A DNA stretch of 63,470 nucleotides, counting the filler, from Candidatus Omnitrophota bacterium (lineage in GTDB: Bacteria; Omnitrophota; Gorgyraeia; Zapsychrales; JBDRMG01), in the NCBI GenBank assembly GCA_043812495.1. It is 7 parts of 5 records of this genome, joined end to end, with 100 filler letters (N's around TTAATTAATTAA, not from the genome) between each part and the next. Parts side by side here need not be neighbours in the genome. Positions count along the whole stretch, not along the records: positions 49,830 to 61,034 come from JBDRMG010000008.1; positions 61,135 to 63,470 come from JBDRMG010000012.1; 5 more parts are not named here. One strand, 5' to 3'. The notes below the pieces were generated by a model. The model made no database searches and was not told the DNA's origin. It saw only the letters and a list, made by a program, of their open reading frames with translations. Shown here one piece after another: positions 59,112 to 63,470 of this stretch. Numbering within the stretch: position 1 is the stretch's first letter; every line of letters starts with the position of its first letter. The translations under genes were made by a program, and so were the position numbers.

Positions 59112-59603
59112 ATGGATAAAAAACTTGAACAAGCGATAAACGAACAGATCCAAAAAGAGCTTTACTCGGCCTATCTTTATTTATCTATGGCGGCTTACCT
59201 GGATGCCGAGAGCCTAGACGGTTCGGCCAAATGGATGAAGGTTCAGGCCAAAGAGGAAGTTGCGCACGGGATGAAGTTGTATGAATTCTTGAATGATCGC
59301 GGTCACCGCGTGGTTTTGGGAGCGATCGATAAACCCCCGGCGGATTTTTCATCCGTTCAGGAAATCTTTGAAGAAACGCTTAAGCACGAGAAGAAAGTAA
59401 CGGTCAGCATTCACAACCTTTATGCATTAGCAGAAAAAGTCGATGATACGGCCGCCAAGGTTTTTCTTCACTGGTTTATCGAGGAGCAAGTGGAAGAAGA
59501 AAAGAACGCGAGCGATATATTAGGGAAACTCAAATACATCGGCAAACAATCCTCAGGTATTTTGATGTTGGATAAGGCCCTGGGCAAACGCGGTGAGAAA
59601 TAA
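59112..59603 (+). CDS. ftnA: Non-haem ferritin
   Basis: INEQI.KE.YSAYLYLSM, Q..EE..H, FL.WF..EQVEEE; start taken at 59112. Confidence 0.92.
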   Translation: MDKKLEQAINEQIQKELYSAYLYLSMAAYLDAESLDGSAKWMKVQAKEEVAHGMKLYEFLNDRGHRVVLGAIDKPPADFSSVQEIFEETLKHEKKVTVSIHNLYALAEKVDDTAAKVFLHWFIEEQVEEEKNASDILGKLKYIGKQSSGILMLDKALGKRGEK

Positions 59604-59647
59604 GATAGAAAAATTGTAAGATCACTGATAGATGTTTGCTTAAAAAA

Positions 59648-59676
59648 CGAGGGCAATCCCTGAGGGATTGCCCTCG
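59648..59676. repeat. Perfect 13-bp hairpin (REP-like or terminator)
   Basis: cgagggcaatccc-tga-gggattgccctcg. Confidence 0.6.
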
Positions 59677-59795
59677 CGATATTCTTTCTTTCATTCATTT
59701 TTACCTCTTGTGAGAAGGGTTGACAATCTTTCCCGATGAGTGTATCCTGTTTTCAATCAAAGCCAAAAAGCATATTTCTGAGAAAGGAAGACAAT

Positions 59796-60299
59796 ATGAG
59801 AAATTCGTTGCTCAAGTGCCTTGGCACGGTCGTCGTCTTAGCTCTTTTATCATCCTGCATGAAGCCGCCGGCCCCCGTCGTAATTGAGAAGGGAAAAAAG
59901 GTGAAAATGAATTATGTCCTAAAAGTCGATGACCAAGTGCTTGAAACGACTCTCGGAAAGGAACCGTTTGTTTTCATTCAGGGAGAAGGCACCATTGTTT
60001 CCGGTCTGGAATCGGGGGTTGAGGGGATGAAAGTCGGAGAAGAAAAGACGATCATCGTGCCGCCCGAAAAAGGATTTGGTCCGATCAATCCCGATTCCCT
60101 GGTGAAAGTCCCCAAGACTTATTTGCCTCCTGATGTCGAAATTAAAGAAGGTGTTTTTGTGATGATTCAGAATCAACAAGGACAGCAGGCTCCGGCCATG
60201 ATCTTAAAAGACCTCGGAAGCGAAGTGGTTTTGAATCTTAATCATCCGTTTGCCGGACTCACGTTGCAATATGAAGTAGAAATTCTGGGTATTGAATAA
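59796..60299 (+). CDS. SlyD-type FKBP peptidyl-prolyl isomerase with lipoprotein signal
   Basis: LSSC lipobox; P..F..G.G.I..GLE..., PE..FG, LNHP.AG..L.Y.VEI. Confidence 0.88.
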   Translation: MRNSLLKCLGTVVVLALLSSCMKPPAPVVIEKGKKVKMNYVLKVDDQVLETTLGKEPFVFIQGEGTIVSGLESGVEGMKVGEEKTIIVPPEKGFGPINPDSLVKVPKTYLPPDVEIKEGVFVMIQNQQGQQAPAMILKDLGSEVVLNLNHPFAGLTLQYEVEILGIE

Positions 60300-60344
60300 A
60301 AAACTTCTGTTTCTGAAGAATTCTGTTAAGAAAGAGGTGCCGTT

Positions 60345-60860
60345 ATGCTCGATTCATTTCTAAACTTAAAACCATGGGTAAGAACTCTATTGATCATCGT
60401 TGGGATTCTCGTCCTCATTATCATTTTCAACAATGTTCAATCCCCTGACATTTCTTTGGTTGAAGACACAGGGCTTAATCAAATGGATGATGAGAAACAA
60501 GTCGTCGAGCCCATCGAAGACTTGTCTGTTTCGCTTTTGGAGAAGGCTAAGCCGGATCAAATCCCTGTTGAGCAGAAAATGGCCATTGAGGCCAAAAGAA
60601 TACCCTTGGAAAAGACCTCCCTTAAGGAATTTTATTCCGTTCAGGTGGCTTCTTTCAGAAATAGCCAAAAAGCCAATGAGCTTGCCCAACAGCTTAAGAA
60701 AGACGGTTTGAACGCCGAAGCTGTTATAGAAAACACAAAAGAAAACGGAACATGGCATAGAGTGTTCGTCGGTCAATTTATAGATAAGACTCAGGCGATG
60801 GCACTGCAATCAAAATTAAAAAGTAAATTCAGTGATTGTTTTGTTAAATTAAGGAAATAG
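60345..60860 (+). CDS. Membrane-anchored SPOR-domain protein
   Basis: N-terminal TM helix; YSVQVASF, WHRV.VG.F. Confidence 0.88.
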   Translation: MLDSFLNLKPWVRTLLIIVGILVLIIIFNNVQSPDISLVEDTGLNQMDDEKQVVEPIEDLSVSLLEKAKPDQIPVEQKMAIEAKRIPLEKTSLKEFYSVQVASFRNSQKANELAQQLKKDGLNAEAVIENTKENGTWHRVFVGQFIDKTQAMALQSKLKSKFSDCFVKLRK

Positions 60861-60929
60861 TAAAATTTTAATTTGGTGTTCCCCGAGTCCGCCACAAACT
60901 TTGGCGGACTCGGGGTTAAACCCAGCGGG

Positions 60930-61034
60930 GAATCCCCGCCTTTATTTAAGGCGGGGAGGAGAGCCGTACCAGTATCGTGCCATGCTATTTGATATAATGG
61001 TTGCATGAGAGTTAGAAAAAGCGCACATGCCATC
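60930..61034 (+). mobile_element. Probable left end of an IS200/IS605-family element, cut by the gap
   Basis: Hairpin tccccgcctt..aaggcgggga (60933-60957), TATAAT, then MRVRKSAHAI (61005-61034) resembling TnpA N-termini. Confidence 0.45.
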
Positions 61035-61135
61035 NNNNNNNNNNNNNNNNNNNNNNNNNNNNNNNNNNNNNNNNNNNNTTAATTAATTAANNNNNNNNNN
61101 NNNNNNNNNNNNNNNNNNNNNNNNNNNNNNNNNNT

Positions 61136-63469
61136 AGCGACAAAACTCTTAAAGAAAGAATAGCCAGACACGGCCTTGAAGACCTGGTTATGAATTTGAA
61201 AGCAAATAAAATCAAATCAGAAGTCCCTTCTTCATTGGTTGTTGCGCCTCAAACAGACAGGCAGCGTATTTTTGCGTCTCTTCGCAAGCATGACGGAGCA
61301 GTCAATAGAGTGTTAGATGAATTGACCATGGATTACCTCACTCTATCCAGACTTGTGACCCCAGAGGAGATCATCTACATCAAAAATCTCGTTAATGGAC
61401 AAACCGCCATAACCGACGAAACAATCAGGCAAGCTGTCCGAGACACAAGAGGAAACAAAACAAAAGCGGCTGAAGAATTAGAAATCAGCGTCAGCAAATT
61501 CAAACACTTAATCGAGCTGCATGGTCTTGAGGCGGATATCGAGAGGATTATTGAGAAAAGAAAAGCAAACGAAGAGAAAATCATATCCGCTCTGAGAGAA
61601 GCAGACGGCTATGTTGCTCGCGCAGCCAGAACACTTCACAGGTCTGCCGGATTTCTTGAGCGTGAAATCGATAATGATCCCGGACTTAAAGCGGAGTTTG
61701 AACGAATAACAAATCAAAGAAACGCGCATATCTCAAAGAAAAACGCCGGTCCCGCTAAATTGCGACAAAAGGTTGCGCTTGCCGACGTGGCCAAGCTTGG
61801 GGTGATGCCGGAACGCGGCGATGCTGCCTCTTTGGTTGATATATCCGACGGGACCCGTCCTTCTTCTGTCCCGGGAAGAAGTCCGATCACCACAACGACC
61901 CTTAATGATATTTTTGGGGAACAAAGAGTAACGCCTGCAATCCTGGAAATGCCGGCATCGGTTGCGGATTTCCAAAAAAAATATCCGGATATCCAACTGA
62001 CAATAGCAAGTGAAGACGTAACCTCAGAGCATCTGCGCAATCTTGATCATCTGATACCTGAAATCGAGGCCAGCTTAAAGGCACAAGGCGCTCTGGAAAA
62101 AAATCTAACCATTAATATTATTCATAGAACAAACATAAAGAAAGCCAAAGCCTCCTATAATCCGAACACAGGCCATATTGATATCACCACTGGTACACGG
62201 AATAAGTCTTTTAATAGGAAATTTAAGAAAGCTGCGACTCAATTGAATAAATATCAAGAACAGGCCCCAAGCCATCAGCTTGCGGGACTGTCTAGACAAC
62301 AAGACCGACTTTTACATAAAGAAATTGTACCATCATTAGCCTCTGCCCTTGGCTCATCGGGTGCTGTTAGCTTTGATCAATTCGAAGTTACGCCGCTAAC
62401 AGGCATGAAGCTGAATAGGAATTCTCCGTATGTCCGCGCTATCCAATCAAGCATTGAATTGATTGGCTTAGAAGGAGATTATTTGCGATTTGATATTATC
62501 AAAAAAGCCGGTGTGACTCAGGCCCAAGCGAAGTATGATCCAAAAACCGGTCACATCACTATTATGGATGGCAGAGAGAACCCGTTATTCAGCGATCAAT
62601 TAAGCAAGGCGATTCTCCAGAGAGAAAAGCATTTTATAGAAATGGATGAACGTATTTCAACGCTTAAGAAAAGATTACATCAAATAGATCCACTTCGTTC
62701 CTTCCGCGGAGAGCATAGAAATATCAGACTCAAAGCCGGTCAAAATATCACAAAAAGCAAAATGGAAGAGCTCATCCCAGCGATTCAAGACAGCTTAAGC
62801 ACACAAAATGTGTTCGATGATCACATTGTGATGGATGTTCTTGAAGAGTCCGGAACCACACAAGCGGAAGCATTCTTCAATACGCAAACAGGAAATATCT
62901 CGATCATTAACGGTGACGACATTCATGGCGATTCTTTCCGAAACCAGCTCAAAACAGCCATTGCGGATTATCAAAATGCTCACCCGCTTCATGTGGCAAG
63001 CAATATGTATACGGATACAGGAACATCAAAAGGCGAATCGCGCGTTGCAAGATTCTTCAGCCATCCTGCTGTCAAGCTGGGCTCTCTTGGCCTTTTAGCC
63101 GGTGGTCTTGCCCTCGGCGCGGCCGGTGGCCTGATGGCGCAGGATTTGCCGTCTGTAAGCCATGTTCCTGACGCTTCCTTTGGGGATTCTTTATCGTCAG
63201 CCCAACCGTTGCAGAGCGATGCAACCTTCCTTAATGCGCAATCGGCGACTGTGTCTCATTCCGGCAATTTTACAGAAACTCTCTTCGCCCCCGATTCCGC
63301 CGAGGTCACCGACTACAACCAAGTCATTAATAATGCCGGCCGCGCGGTTGAACTGGCCACAGACCATAGCGGGCAAAGCTGGCCCAAATCCAGTATACTC
63401 TGGGGCGCTCTCCATCCGTCCAGTCACTTCCCCTCAGGCGATGACATTGCCAAGGCTCTTGAGAACAAT
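61136..63469 (+). CDS. Internal fragment (about 778 aa, open at both ends) of a very large protein; not in ORF track
   Basis: No stop found in this frame by manual translation; tandem Fis-like HTHs, three roughly 60-aa repeats, one hydrophobic segment. Confidence 0.88.
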
Positions 63470-63470
63470 G

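Noticed and set aside
61375..63427. Listed short ORFs in the last contig
   Set aside because: Shadows of one continuous plus-strand frame.

Overview
Bacterial draft or metagenome-assembled sequence made of 7 contig pieces joined by artificial 100-nt N linkers that carry TTAATTAATTAA (4890-4989, 6095-6194, 28993-29092, 48115-48214, 49730-49829, 61035-61134), so adjacency across those linkers is not biological evidence. Gene content suggests an anaerobic, LPS-making diderm; Ca. Omnitrophota is my inference, not a tested assignment. Housekeeping content: pncB, archease-rtcB-serS, an EF-G paralogue, three tRNA-Ser isoacceptors (UGA, CGA, GGA), pyrR-pyrB-pyrC with a PyrR attenuator, rsmI, glmS, a divergent rpmA, lpxA, pyrE, maf, a frameshifted malQ, an ADP-forming acetate-CoA ligase and an oxidative-stress/iron cluster. 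Accessory content: a lipase-type toxin C-terminus with a lipoprotein partner, a RAYT-like HUH transposase gene with 18-bp terminal inverted repeats, two large S8 proteases ending in dockerin-like domains, and an unlisted open frame of about 778 codons with tandem Fis-type HTHs and a three-copy novel repeat. The most striking signal is intergenic. Several families of short palindromic elements keep their boundary motifs and structure while their stems vary completely. They nest inside each other, sit at the exact 3' end of all three tRNA-Ser genes (once carrying a GIY-YIG nuclease gene), and split a tRNA-Ser 5' half into three pieces that rejoin to 35/38 identity with the intact gene.
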